Source of the DNA: Thermoplasmata archaeon
GTDB lineage: Archaea > Thermoplasmatota > Thermoplasmata > Lutacidiplasmatales > UBA184
DNA: 64,000 nucleotides
Direction of reading: 5' to 3'
NCBI GenBank assembly: GCA_052326445.1
Contig: JBKQNC010000011.1
Location: 65,229 to 129,228 of the forward strand
This document shows, one piece after another, positions 18,425 through 28,517 of this stretch (positions are counted from its first letter, which is position 1; each line of letters begins with the position of its first letter). Below the pieces are notes generated by a model. That model was not told where the DNA came from. It was given only the letters and a program-made list of their open reading frames with translations, and did no database searches. The translations under genes and the position numbers were made by a program.

Positions 18425-19804
18425 TCAAACGTCGGGTTCGGAGACCACGCGGCCCTTCTGGATGGCCCGGAGCAGGGCGCGGTAGTCGCGCTCCGTCTGG
18501 TCGGCGTACGCTTCGGCAAAGTTGGTGATGGCCTCGTCGAAAACGTCCTTCTCGCCGAGGTAGCCGCTGATGCAGGCCGGATCTCCGGTACGCGCGTGGG
18601 CGCGGGCCAGGGCCGTTCCGCACAATCCCGCCTGTCCGAGCAGGGCCTTCGGGCCAAGGCTGGTGACGTCCGCCGAGAATTTCATGTCCCGGAGCTGGCG
18701 CACGTAGAAGTCCTCCCCCCGGACGGAGCTCCATCCGAGGAAAATGTCGGAGGCCTCCTGGATCAGGTGCTGGCCCACCACGACCCGTTGGGCGTGGTTC
18801 GAGTACGGACTCGCGCCCTGGAACGGCTCGAGGGCGGAGGAGCTGGCTTGCTTCAGCTGAAGGAAGAGTGGATCCTCCACGTCCCGGTCGGCCATGAGCA
18901 GCAGGACGGAGCAGGCCGTGCCGACACTGCCCACGCCCACCACCTTCTGGGCAACGTCCACGACATGGTACCGGTCGAGCAACATCCGCCGCTCATCCGG
19001 AAGCGTGGCAAGGTAGCGGTCGAAGAAGGCGCGGGACTCCACGTCGTGGGCCGGATTGGCGTAGTGGACGATGAGCGGCGGGTCGTCGCGGATCCGGTAG
19101 CGTCCGTTGACCAGCTTCACCATCTTGGGGAACGCGTGAAGGCCGGTCCGCCGCCGAGCCTTCTTCACGGCCCGGCTCATCAACTTTCGACCGGCCGCCT
19201 TGACGCCCCAGCCGAGGTCCTGGAGGTCGAGGTGGGAGTACCAGGTGTCGAGGTAACGCTCCCGTGCGAACGTGGCCATCATCTCGCGGTAGGCCGTGAC
19301 GGCAGTGCGAGCCGCCCTCCGGTTCACGCCCCGGGAGAACCCGTTCTGGCGACCGGCGACCACGAGGCTCGCCGCGAGTCGTTTCACGTCCCACTCCCAG
19401 GGTCCGGGCAGGGTTTCGTCGAAATCGTCCACGTCGAAGACCTGGTCCCGCTCCGGCGTTCCGAAGACGCCAAAGTTGCTCAGATGGGCGTCTCCACACA
19501 GTTGGGTCCGCAGGCCGGTCGTCGGCATCGTGGAGAGGTCGTGCGCCATCACGCTCGCCGCGCCGCGGTAGAAGGTGAACGCCGAGAGCGACATTCGACC
19601 GTAGCGGATGGGAACGAGCCTGGGCACGCGATGAACGTCCGCGTCCTGGAGCAGTTCGATCGGGTCCGGCCGGTCCTTCGCGGCGGTCCACACGGCGTGT
19701 GCCGACCTCGGGACCTGGCTGCGGAGTGCCTTACCGGTCGCATACCGACGGGCCCGGGAACTCCCGCCGGGGCCGGGTCGGCTCGCTTTCACCGAGATCG
19801 CCAT
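18425..19804 (-). CDS. DUF2252 family protein
   Basis: …GKALRSQVPRSAHAVWTAAKDRPDPIELLQDADVHRVPRLVPIRYGRMSLSAFTFYRGAA… matches the conserved DUF2252 N-terminus. The family is common in Actinobacteria. Confidence 0.7.
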   Translation of the reverse strand: MAISVKASRPGPGGSSRARRYATGKALRSQVPRSAHAVWTAAKDRPDPIELLQDADVHRVPRLVPIRYGRMSLSAFTFYRGAASVMAHDLSTMPTTGLRTQLCGDAHLSNFGVFGTPERDQVFDVDDFDETLPGPWEWDVKRLAASLVVAGRQNGFSRGVNRRAARTAVTAYREMMATFARERYLDTWYSHLDLQDLGWGVKAAGRKLMSRAVKKARRRTGLHAFPKMVKLVNGRYRIRDDPPLIVHYANPAHDVESRAFFDRYLATLPDERRMLLDRYHVVDVAQKVVGVGSVGTACSVLLLMADRDVEDPLFLQLKQASSSALEPFQGASPYSNHAQRVVVGQHLIQEASDIFLGWSSVRGEDFYVRQLRDMKFSADVTSLGPKALLGQAGLCGTALARAHARTGDPACISGYLGEKDVFDEAITNFAEAYADQTERDYRALLRAIQKGRVVSEPDV

Positions 19805-20022
19805 GAACCCTTGGTCCGCCTCCGGAACCCCCCGGAAGCGCTAAGCGTTCCTCGAGGGAGTGCCGTTACTGCGAAACCCGCCGCTCGGACAAGAGCTTTT
19901 GCGTGCGCGAATCCGCCCGCCCACTTCCCTCGAGACGGGTCGAGGTCCGGGCTCGGCCTTGTCTCTCCCCGAATCTTATACGGTTCGGGGAGTGCTCGGT
20001 ACTCGGGGGTCCTCGCTCGACC

Positions 20023-21777
20023 ATGAACGGCGCACCACGAGCCGAGGCCGAGCGAGCAAGCGAGTTCGAATCTTTCCTCGCGCGGGATTGGGAGGCGTGG
20101 ATCCAAGAGAACCCCGAGATGGGCACGGTGCTCGGAATGCCGGATCTGAACGACCGATGGACCGATGATTCGGAGGCCGGCATCGACCGTCGACGCCACC
20201 ATCTCTCGCAGAGCCTCTCGTCCTTGCGGGCCTTCCACCGGGATGACCTGCCTCCCACCGAGCGCCTGAACTTCGACCTCTATCTCACCTACCTGGAAGA
20301 CGCCGCGGAGGGCCTACAGTACGGGCTCGACCCGTTCCCCTTCGCGATTGGCTCCCCGCGGAACCTGAGGACCCCCGTCAACCAACTGGAGGGGATCCAG
20401 TCGATGGCCGGGGACATGGTTGAGTTGCAGCCCCGCTCGACGCTCCGGGATTACCGCGACCTCCTGGCCCGCTTGAGGGCCCTGCCGGCCGCCATCGAGC
20501 AGTGCGTGGACCTACTGGGGAAGGGTCGCGCCCTCGGATACACGCCGCCCCGGATCGCGGTCGAAGGGGTCCCGGACCAGATCTCCAACCTGATCCCGGC
20601 CGACCCGGCCTCCAGTCCCCTGCTCGATCCCTTCCGGCACATTCCCGATTCGATTCCGAGTGCCGAACGTTCTCGATTGATTGACGAGTCGCTCGTTGCC
20701 TACCGGGAGCAGGTCGTCCCCGCCTTCAAGCGGTTCCGAACCTACTTTGCGTCCGACTACCTTCCGGCCTGCCGAGAGCAGATCGGAGTCTCCGCCTTGC
20801 CGAAGGGCGGGGATGAATATCGATTCCTGGTGAAACAATCCACCACGACCGAACTGACCCCGGCCCAGATCCACGAGATCGGCCTCGCCGAGGTCCGTCG
20901 TCTGGACGCTGCGATCCAGGAGCAGATGACCCGGGCCGGATTCACGGGCTCGTACGCCGAGTTCAAGGTGTTCCTTCGGAAGGATCCGAGATTCTACTGG
21001 ACCCGGGCGGAGGACCTCATCAACGGGTATCGGATCATCGCCAAGAAGATCGACCCGGAGCTCGGTCGCCTGTTCGGCCGGTTGCCCCGCCTCCCCTACG
21101 GGGTACGCCCGGTGCCGGCATTCCGGGAAGCCACGTCGCCCGCGGCCTACTACTTCAGTGGGTCACCCACCACGGGACGCGCCGGTACGTTCTACGCGAG
21201 CACCTACCAGGTCGAGATCCGGCCGCGGTGGGAGATGGAGGCGCTGACCCTCCACGAGGCCGTCCCCGGTCATCACCTTCAGATCGCCTTGGCGCAGGAG
21301 ATGGAGCAACTCCCCACCTTCCGCCGCGAAACCGGACCGACCGCATTCTGCGAAGGGTGGGGGTTGTACGCCGAAAGCTTGGGGGAGGAACTCGGCTGTT
21401 ACCAGGACCCGTACTCCAAGATCGGACAGATGACGTTCGACCTCTGGCGGTCCATCCGCCTGGTCGTGGACACGGGCATGCACGCCCTCGGATGGAGCCG
21501 CGACCAGGCGATCCAGTTCTTCCACGAGTACACGGGAATGAGCGACACCGGGATCCGGGTCGAGGTCGACCGGTACATCGTGTGGCCGGGCCAAGCGCTG
21601 GCGTACAAGATCGGGCAACTGAAGTTCCGCGAGCTTCGCACCTGGGCCGAGCAACGCCTCGGCGACCGCTTTGACATCCGGGCGTTCCACGACATGGTGC
21701 TCGAGGAGGGGGCGCTTCCCCTCCACCTCGTCGAGGAGCGCGTCCGGACTTGGGTGGCGAGCCGCTCCGCGGGATGA
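20023..21777 (+). CDS. DUF885 family protein (putative HExxH metallopeptidase)
   Basis: 584 aa with a HEAVPGHHLQ (HExxH) motif and the DUF885-like motifs FYASTYQVEIRP… and GWGLYAE. Confidence 0.7.
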   Translation: MNGAPRAEAERASEFESFLARDWEAWIQENPEMGTVLGMPDLNDRWTDDSEAGIDRRRHHLSQSLSSLRAFHRDDLPPTERLNFDLYLTYLEDAAEGLQYGLDPFPFAIGSPRNLRTPVNQLEGIQSMAGDMVELQPRSTLRDYRDLLARLRALPAAIEQCVDLLGKGRALGYTPPRIAVEGVPDQISNLIPADPASSPLLDPFRHIPDSIPSAERSRLIDESLVAYREQVVPAFKRFRTYFASDYLPACREQIGVSALPKGGDEYRFLVKQSTTTELTPAQIHEIGLAEVRRLDAAIQEQMTRAGFTGSYAEFKVFLRKDPRFYWTRAEDLINGYRIIAKKIDPELGRLFGRLPRLPYGVRPVPAFREATSPAAYYFSGSPTTGRAGTFYASTYQVEIRPRWEMEALTLHEAVPGHHLQIALAQEMEQLPTFRRETGPTAFCEGWGLYAESLGEELGCYQDPYSKIGQMTFDLWRSIRLVVDTGMHALGWSRDQAIQFFHEYTGMSDTGIRVEVDRYIVWPGQALAYKIGQLKFRELRTWAEQRLGDRFDIRAFHDMVLEEGALPLHLVEERVRTWVASRSAG

Positions 21778-21973
21778 ACCCGCGTGTTGGATGGGTCGCG
21801 GCCGCGCCGGCCCGTCCCCCGGGGGGTCAACCTCGGTCTTCCGTCGGACCTACGGGTTTATCCCTCAAACTCCCCCTTCTAAACTGGTGGCCCCCGCGGT
21901 GCGCCCAAGGCCCGATCTGAAAACGCTGGGTGACGGGCCCTGGGCGACCTTCCTCCACGGTAGGTCTCGCGAG

Positions 21974-22612
21974 ATGGTCCATCGGGTCGCGTACGCGCTC
22001 GGTGCGGCCAACCACCCGGCTCCGAGCTGGGTGACGATCTGCGATGATGTGAACTCCCCTCAGGGAGACGACCCGATCCAACTCGGTTGGGTCACCGAGG
22101 ACCATCACTACGTGCTCGCCACCCAAGACGCACGCCCCCAGGACGCTGTCGCCAACATGGCCCTCGGCACGATCGTCCGGTCCGACGAGCCCGAGGCGGT
22201 TCTCGCCGAGATCACGGACTTCATCCGACTTCCGGGAGTGATCCAGGACGCGGTGAGCCGCTCGGGAGTCGACCCCCTTCGACCCGTCCTCGTGGTCGCG
22301 GACACCGACCGGGTCCGCGCGTTCTATCCGAAGGAACCCCAGGGGGTCAGCCACGTCATCGACCCGCTCCGCCGAAACCAGATGCTCACGATCTTCGCGG
22401 CGGTGGGCGAACCCGGGGCCGGTCGGATGGCTTTCGACTTCGTGATCGAGGTCCAGGGAAATAGCTTGGTCAACTGGAGAGAGGGTCATCTGATCGTCGA
22501 GAAGGCTCCTTCGGGAAGTTCGTTCCACTCCGGGGAATCGTACGCGATCGCCCAGTTCCCCGAGATGGTCGCCGCGTTCGACCGGCACCCGACTCCGCCC
22601 CGCGTGAAATGA
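21974..22612 (+). CDS. Hypothetical protein
   Basis: 212 aa with non-junk composition; no family recognised. Confidence 0.45.
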   Translation: MVHRVAYALGAANHPAPSWVTICDDVNSPQGDDPIQLGWVTEDHHYVLATQDARPQDAVANMALGTIVRSDEPEAVLAEITDFIRLPGVIQDAVSRSGVDPLRPVLVVADTDRVRAFYPKEPQGVSHVIDPLRRNQMLTIFAAVGEPGAGRMAFDFVIEVQGNSLVNWREGHLIVEKAPSGSSFHSGESYAIAQFPEMVAAFDRHPTPPRVK

Positions 22613-22980
22613 ACGGCCAGTCGTTCTAGCCGGGCACGCAAGCTCGATCTGGGGTGCGCTAGCCTACGGATGTTGCCCGGGTCCGATCGACCTTGGGGAC
22701 GGCTTTCCCCCGGGGAGATGGGTCGGGTCAGTGAGTGGACCGCGGGGAGCGGGCCCGGTCGAGGGCCGAGAAGACGTCTCTCAGATGCGCGTTGCAGAGG
22801 AAGTAAGCGGCCGTCCCGGTGGGCGCGGGCGGGAACGATCGCTGCTCCGGTGCTTCTCCAGAGCACGGCACGGTGACCGAGGCGGCGCTAGGCCCCTCGA
22901 TATCGGCCAAGGCGCGGCGGATCTCGCAGGGGCCCGTGGGCCGCCCGCGGTTCGGAAGCCGGTCATCCCGGGGAGTGGGC

Positions 22981-23166
22981 CTACTCGCTTCGGACATCAC
23001 CGTGAACTTCGACCTCTTCCGCCCGAACCGGGATGCCCATACGAGACAGGGAGTCCAAGGTCTCCGTTAGGGTCTCGGTGGCGGGTCGGACGAGGACGAG
23101 GTCGATGTGCGGGATCGATACGTGGTTTTCCCAGACGTGGATTCGTTTCATGACTACCTTTCCCAT
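22981..23166 (-). CDS. Small hypothetical protein (61 aa; alternate start at 23151)
   Basis: MGKVVMKRIHVWENHVSIPHIDLVLVRPATETLTETLDSLSRMGIPVRAEEVEVHGDVRSE. AT-richer codon usage (AAA, ATC) stands out from the background; no homology recognised. Confidence 0.35.
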   Translation of the reverse strand: MGKVVMKRIHVWENHVSIPHIDLVLVRPATETLTETLDSLSRMGIPVRAEEVEVHGDVRSE

Positions 23167-23641
23167 CGCAGGCTCTTGAGGTTTTGCCGCCAAGCGAACC
23201 GGGATTAGGGCCTGCGGGAGAATAGCACGTCACTCGCGACTCTTGCCTTGAGCGCGCCGCCGGACCGACTACACCGGCACAACCGGCTCGGTTTGGATCG
23301 AGCTCGCCCAGTTCCACTCGTCCCACGGGGCCCCCTCGGCGCTCGCTCGGGCCGAGGCCAGCTCGAGCCAGAGGAAATACTCCTCCTGCTCTTCGGGGGC
23401 CAGGTCGCACATCCGAGGGGCCACGGGGGTCACTCGATTTAACTCTCGCCGTCGGACGCCTCGTTGTGTCGCTCGCCAGTAGCGGGCCGCACTCGATCCG
23501 CCCGATCGAGCAGATCAAGGAAGGAAATTTCGGCTGACGGTCCTAGAAGAAATACCCCGGGGGATCCGCGAACGTCCCACAATCCCGAGATCGTGGTGAG
23601 AGGTCCGCGCACGCAATCCCCCTCGTACTGAGGGTGCAGCA

Positions 23642-23689
23642 GGCGAGGGCGTTACCGCTTCTTCTTTTTCGCCTTCGCCTTGCTTGTCT
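23642..23689 (-). CDS. Lysine-rich micro-ORF MPKKTSKAKAKKKKR (15 aa), speculative
   Basis: AAG/AAA-rich island in a ~1.3-kb gene-poor region; ATG…TAA intact. Could be a tiny basic peptide or non-coding. Confidence 0.15.
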
Positions 23690-23956
23690 TCTTCGGCATA
23701 GCAAGAACACATAGGACGACGTGCTACTTGAATGAGTGACCTTCTCGACTTTTCTTGACCTATTGTTCCGGAAGTGAGGGAAGCGCGCGTCAGGGTCGGG
23801 CGCTGCCGGGGATTCCTGCGGGTTCGGAAATTCATACTTCCCTCGAGAAGTTCGTACGTCTCTCACTTTAAAGATGGTGTCAAACGAAATCCGGCACGCC
23901 ATGCGGAGTCTGGAATACGGCGGAGCGGAAATCTCTTCGCACGGCGAGTGGATGGC

Positions 23957-24643
23957 ATGAACGCACCCTCCTACGCCATCGCGATCTCATTGGTCGTCCT
24001 CACTGCGATGCTCGGAGTGCTCTGCTTCCGGGGTCTGCGCAGGTACCTTCAGACCCGGATGCGAGTCCAACTCATGTGGGGAACCGGCCTTGCATTCGCC
24101 TCCGCCGCGATGGGGGTGGAGGCGGCGGTGTACCTCGGATTCCTATCGGTTCCCCTGCTCCAGGCCTATGTGTTCCTCTCCGCCGCGATCGTTGGAGTTC
24201 TCTCCCTCGGCGCCACCCGCGTGCTACGGAGCCCCCGGATCGAGCGCGTCTACACTTGGTACACGGCCGCCACGTGCGCCGTGGTCGCCATCTTCAGTTT
24301 TGCGACCCCCCTGTCGACCGGCATGGTCACGAATGGGATCATTTCCGGGGATCCGCCTCTGTTGCTCATCGTCCTCTCCACCTTGGTCACGGCCCCGGCG
24401 ACGGTGGTGCTGATCGGCGCATCGGTGGTTTCGCTTCGCCGGGACCGCCGGTGGCAGACCCTGCTCATGATCGCGGGAGCGGTCATCCTGGGGGCCGGCG
24501 GGACGCTCTACATCGCCTCGTTCCCGGTGGCGCTGTACTACGCGGAGTTCCTTGGGATCGTCCTCCTCTTCCTCGGACTCATCAGCATTCCGCAAAGCGC
24601 CCCCGCACCGGCGGCGACCGCGTCTCGCGTGTCTTCCTCCTAG
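23957..24643 (+). CDS. Polytopic membrane protein (hypothetical, ~7 TM)
   Basis: 228 aa, strongly hydrophobic helices. Confidence 0.6.
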   Translation: MNAPSYAIAISLVVLTAMLGVLCFRGLRRYLQTRMRVQLMWGTGLAFASAAMGVEAAVYLGFLSVPLLQAYVFLSAAIVGVLSLGATRVLRSPRIERVYTWYTAATCAVVAIFSFATPLSTGMVTNGIISGDPPLLLIVLSTLVTAPATVVLIGASVVSLRRDRRWQTLLMIAGAVILGAGGTLYIASFPVALYYAEFLGIVLLFLGLISIPQSAPAPAATASRVSSS

Positions 24644-24698
24644 ATATCGACCCCGGTGCGCCGCCCCGGAGTCCGGCTTGGGCGCGGGACGCGCGCGG

Positions 24699-25757
24699 TT
24701 ACCGACGGGACTTTCGCTTCGGGACCGCCCTCGAGGCTTCCGGTGAGGGGGGCGGGAGGAGGGTCTCGAGGTGGCGGTCGAACCATTCCCGGAAGGCGTA
24801 CATTCGCACCATCACCGCCGGCTCGACCCCCCTCACGCCGTCAATGGTCTCCACATAGTGGGTCAGGTCCTCCAGGCTTGCGGCTGAGCGGAGGATGACG
24901 AAAAAGATCTGTTGCTCCGACGAAAGGGATGCCCCGCCGACCGTTGAGAAGTCAAGGACGAGGGGGAACCGCTCTCGAAGTCGACGGGCCACCGATTCGT
25001 GGGACGTTCCGCTCTCCACGATCACATTGAGGGAAACTACCGGCCGGTCGATCGCCGTGAAATCGAAGACCGGAACGAACCAGACCGCCCAATCATTGAT
25101 CAGGTCCGCGTACTTCCGGGTCATGGTGCGAGTGGAGATCCCCACCCGGCGGGCGATCTCGCTCAGGTTCGCCGTCGGCCGTTCCCGTAACGCATGGATG
25201 ATGCGAATGTCTAGCGCGGTCAGGGCGCGCTTCGGCGGGCGGGGTCTCCACGCCACCGGTTCCTCTACCTCTCGGACCCCGGTCAATCCGCGGAGGAGGT
25301 CGGCGCGCCGGGCGAGGGTGGAGAGGTCGGGGGCCACCAGGGCCACGGAGACCCAGTCTCCGAGGAACTCCATCCCGCTCACCACACCGTCCACGAGGCT
25401 GAGGCGTCGGAACAGCTCGGCCTTGACCCGGGGATGGTCCACGCGCAGCGACACCCAGGCGCCCAGCCAGCCCAATAGCGCCGGGTTGAGCCACACGTCG
25501 TAGCGTTGGAGAAACCCCGTGTCCCGCCACGCCTTGAGGCGGGCCGCGACCCGGGCCCTTCCGACCTTCAACCGGCGCGCGACCTGCGTCGCATTGAGCC
25601 TCGGGTCGATCCCCGCGAGATTGACCGCTCCCTCCCGGTACATTTCGCGCAGGATGGCGAGGTCGAGGGCATCCGGGTCCACGGGAGCTCCGCTCACGGC
25701 AGCGCGCCAGATGCCGAAGGGCGCTTGAGACTTCCGAAGTTGGTTGGGTCGCCGCAA
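24699..25757 (-). CDS. Tandem Lrp/AsnC-type HTH transcriptional regulator (two HTH+RAM modules); start uncertain
   Basis: Two HTH segments: LDLAILREMYREGAVNLAGIDPRLNATQVARRLKVGRARVAARLKAWRDTGFL and LDIRIIHALRERPTANLSEIARRVGISTRTMTRKYADLI. Confidence 0.7.
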   Translation of the reverse strand: MRRPNQLRKSQAPFGIWRAAVSGAPVDPDALDLAILREMYREGAVNLAGIDPRLNATQVARRLKVGRARVAARLKAWRDTGFLQRYDVWLNPALLGWLGAWVSLRVDHPRVKAELFRRLSLVDGVVSGMEFLGDWVSVALVAPDLSTLARRADLLRGLTGVREVEEPVAWRPRPPKRALTALDIRIIHALRERPTANLSEIARRVGISTRTMTRKYADLINDWAVWFVPVFDFTAIDRPVVSLNVIVESGTSHESVARRLRERFPLVLDFSTVGGASLSSEQQIFFVILRSAASLEDLTHYVETIDGVRGVEPAVMVRMYAFREWFDRHLETLLPPPSPEASRAVPKRKSRR

Positions 25758-25843
25758 ACATCGGACACTGGGAGGATGATGGTTCGGTTTCTGAGGGCCG
25801 GCCCGACGAGCGGATTGACGTCCCCGGAGTATCTCTCCTCGTC

Positions 25844-27448
25844 ATGGCCCCTGAATCCGTCCCCACCGAGGTGGTGACCTCGTCGACCCAGACGTTTGAT
25901 GCCGCCGGCCGACGGGGCGCCATCATCCTTCTCGTCCTGGCGGGCGCTGCGCTGATGGTCAACTACGTGGAGACCATGCTCGTCCCGGCGCTGCCGACGC
26001 TCGTGGCCTTCTTCGACGGCGTGCCCTACACTACGATCGCGTGGGTCGTTTCCGCCTATCTCTTGGTCGGGGTCTCGACCACCCCGATCTTCGCCAAGCT
26101 CGGGGACATTTACGGCAAGAAGCGGATGTTGCTGGTCGTCCTCTCGATCTACACGATCGCGGTTGCGGTATCGGGCTTCACCCCGCAGATCGCGACGGGG
26201 ATCGGTCTCTCGCGCTTCAACGCCGTCTACCTCTTGATCGCCGTGCGGGGGATCCAGGGCGTGGGCCTGGCGATGTTCCCCCTCGCATTCGCGATGGTGG
26301 GTGAGGAACTCCCGCCGGCGCGGGTCGGACAGGCCCAGGGGCTCATCGCCGCCATGTTCGCGATCGGCGCGGCGCTCGGCCTGTTCGGCGGTGCGTGGAT
26401 CATTCAGAACTTTGGCTGGCAAGCAGCGTACCACACGGTCATCCCGTTCGCCCTCGGCATCTTCGGCCTCGCGGTCTGGCAGCTCCCAGAGTCCCGCCAC
26501 CGCCTGGCGGTCCGGCTGGACGTTCCCGGCGCCGCACTCCTCGGGGCGGCACTGGCGACGTTCCTTCTAGGTTTGTCCCAGGGGCCCTCGTGGGGATGGC
26601 AGAACTGGGCCGGCATCCACTTCGGGGGCCTGGCCTTCGGCGTCCCGGAGCTATTCCTCCTCTCCGTGGTCTTCGCGGTCCTATTCTACTTCCGTGAGCG
26701 GACCGCCGCGGACCCGATGATCCACCTCGAGCGCTTCCGGGAGCGGAACCTCGCGATCAGCTACGTCGGGGCCCTCCTCGTTGGGACCGGCCTCTTCCTA
26801 GGGTTCGTGGGAATCACCATCATCGTCGAAACTCCGGTCGTGGGACTGGGCCGGAGCGTGTTCGAGTTCGGGGTGCTGAGTCTGCCCACGACGATGTCGA
26901 TGCTGATCGCCGCTCCGTTCGTCGGCCGGGCGATCTCGCGTTGGGGTCCGAAGCCGGTGATGATTCTGGGGGCCGGGCTGGCCACCTTCGGATTCCTCCT
27001 GCTGCTGATGTTCAACCAGACCTACACCGAGCTGATCCTGGCCCCGATCCCGACCTTTGTCGGGCTCGTGATGATGATCATTGCCGTCACGAACATCGTC
27101 GTGCTCTCCTCTCGCCGAGGGGAGACCGGGATCCAGACGGGAATGGCCGAGATGTTCCAGGACCTCGGAGCGAGCATCGGTCCGGTGGTCGTCGCGGCGG
27201 TCCTCGCCAGTTTCACGGGCACTTTCTATGCCCAGGTGCAAACCCCCGCGGGACCCGCGACCGTACCGGTCGAGCTACCGACCCTTACCGCCTTCCACTG
27301 GCTCTTCGGGGTCGGGGCTCTGCTGGCGGCGACTACCGGGGTCTTGGCGCTGTTCCTCCGCAACTACCGCTTCCACCCCGCGGATGCCCCGTCCCACACC
27401 CCCACGCCGGGCGAGGCCGCGACGGCGGTTGCACCGGTCGCGGAGTAG
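25844..27448 (+). CDS. MFS transporter (DHA2/EmrB-like, 14 TM)
   Basis: MFS motifs …GDIYGKKRMLLV…, …GIQGVGLAMFPLAFAMV…, and 14 hydrophobic segments. Divergent from the Lrp regulator. Confidence 0.85.
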   Translation: MAPESVPTEVVTSSTQTFDAAGRRGAIILLVLAGAALMVNYVETMLVPALPTLVAFFDGVPYTTIAWVVSAYLLVGVSTTPIFAKLGDIYGKKRMLLVVLSIYTIAVAVSGFTPQIATGIGLSRFNAVYLLIAVRGIQGVGLAMFPLAFAMVGEELPPARVGQAQGLIAAMFAIGAALGLFGGAWIIQNFGWQAAYHTVIPFALGIFGLAVWQLPESRHRLAVRLDVPGAALLGAALATFLLGLSQGPSWGWQNWAGIHFGGLAFGVPELFLLSVVFAVLFYFRERTAADPMIHLERFRERNLAISYVGALLVGTGLFLGFVGITIIVETPVVGLGRSVFEFGVLSLPTTMSMLIAAPFVGRAISRWGPKPVMILGAGLATFGFLLLLMFNQTYTELILAPIPTFVGLVMMIIAVTNIVVLSSRRGETGIQTGMAEMFQDLGASIGPVVVAAVLASFTGTFYAQVQTPAGPATVPVELPTLTAFHWLFGVGALLAATTGVLALFLRNYRFHPADAPSHTPTPGEAATAVAPVAE

Positions 27449-27553
27449 GACATCGAACTCAGCGTCGTCCCCGAATCCCACTGCCAGACTTCATCGGCTT
27501 CCCCGGCATCCCCTCCCGGGGCAGCGCACGCGTCAGCTTCCGGGCGAACCGAA

Positions 27554-28474
27554 ATGAGTCCACGAACTCCCGTCCTGGTGGCCGGTGCCGGGGGATTCCT
27601 AGGCCGAGCTATCGTCCGCTCGTTGGCGGGGGCGGGGTACGACGTCCGAGGGTTGGTTCGCAAGCCCGAAACCGCCGCGATCGTCGAGTCGGCTGGCGGC
27701 CAGGCCATTCTGGGGGATGTCCTGGATTCGGCTCGGGTCCGCAAGGCCATGGAGGGATGTGGTACGGCCATTCAGCTGGCGGCCTACTATCCCGAATCTC
27801 CTGCGGAGGCCGAGCTGGCGCGGCGCACTCGCGTCGAGGGAACCCGAAATCTCGCCGCGGCCGCCCGAGCCACGGGAGCACGTCGACTCCTGGTCGGCTC
27901 AGGGTACTGGGTGTATGCCGACCAGGGCGGTACCCTCTCGGACGACTCCCCGCTCGACCCGCGGGGCGAGTCGCTCACGAACTGGGAGGCCGAGCTGGCC
28001 GGATTGGCCGCCCACGCGCCGGGGACGCTCGAGGTGATCGTCGTGCGACCTGGCATGGTGTACGGAGACGGGTCATGGTTCCTGGGAATGGTGGGGTCGA
28101 TTCGAGCCGGGACCTACCGGATCCCCGGGGATGGCCACAATCACTGGTCGTTCGTGGAGTTGGCCGATGCCGCGGCCGCCTACCGGTCCATTCTCGAACG
28201 GGGTGTGGGCGGAGGCAACTATCTCGTCGTCGACGATTCGCCGATAGCACTCATCGAGTTCGTCACCCTGGTCGCCCGCGAATTGGGGGTGCCGCTCCCC
28301 GAGCCCATCGCCTACGAAGACCTCCGAGGAGAGGTAGGGGACGACGTGGCCCACCACCTGGCCGCGAACCGGGCCGGCACGAACCTCAAGTTACGTTCTC
28401 TCGGATGGGTGCCGAAATTCCCGGACGCGCGGGCCGGGATACCCGCCCTGCTCCGGTCGATGGTCCAGAGATAG
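27554..28474 (+). CDS. NAD-dependent epimerase/dehydratase (SDR family)
   Basis: VLVAGAGGFLGRAIV (Rossmann) and the Y-x3-K context of an extended SDR. Confidence 0.8.
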   Translation: MSPRTPVLVAGAGGFLGRAIVRSLAGAGYDVRGLVRKPETAAIVESAGGQAILGDVLDSARVRKAMEGCGTAIQLAAYYPESPAEAELARRTRVEGTRNLAAAARATGARRLLVGSGYWVYADQGGTLSDDSPLDPRGESLTNWEAELAGLAAHAPGTLEVIVVRPGMVYGDGSWFLGMVGSIRAGTYRIPGDGHNHWSFVELADAAAAYRSILERGVGGGNYLVVDDSPIALIEFVTLVARELGVPLPEPIAYEDLRGEVGDDVAHHLAANRAGTNLKLRSLGWVPKFPDARAGIPALLRSMVQR

Positions 28475-28517
28475 TGCTGCTCCATCGGGGAGCGCACCCG
28501 GATAACGACGGGGTCGC

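Noticed and set aside
19975-20000. Hairpin CCCCGAA-N10-TTCGGGG containing CTTATAC upstream of the DUF885 gene
   Set aside because: Could be a TATA box (about 35 nt from the ATG) inside a stem. It is a single instance with no second copy, so it was not reported as a feature.
22728-23000. 90-aa minus ORF (MMSEASRPTPRDD…) downstream of the small ORF, and overlapping + ORFs 22731..23153 and 22819..23070
   Set aside because: Mutually overlapping, R/P/G-rich, and no motif. Cannot be distinguished from chance ORFs; left uncalled.
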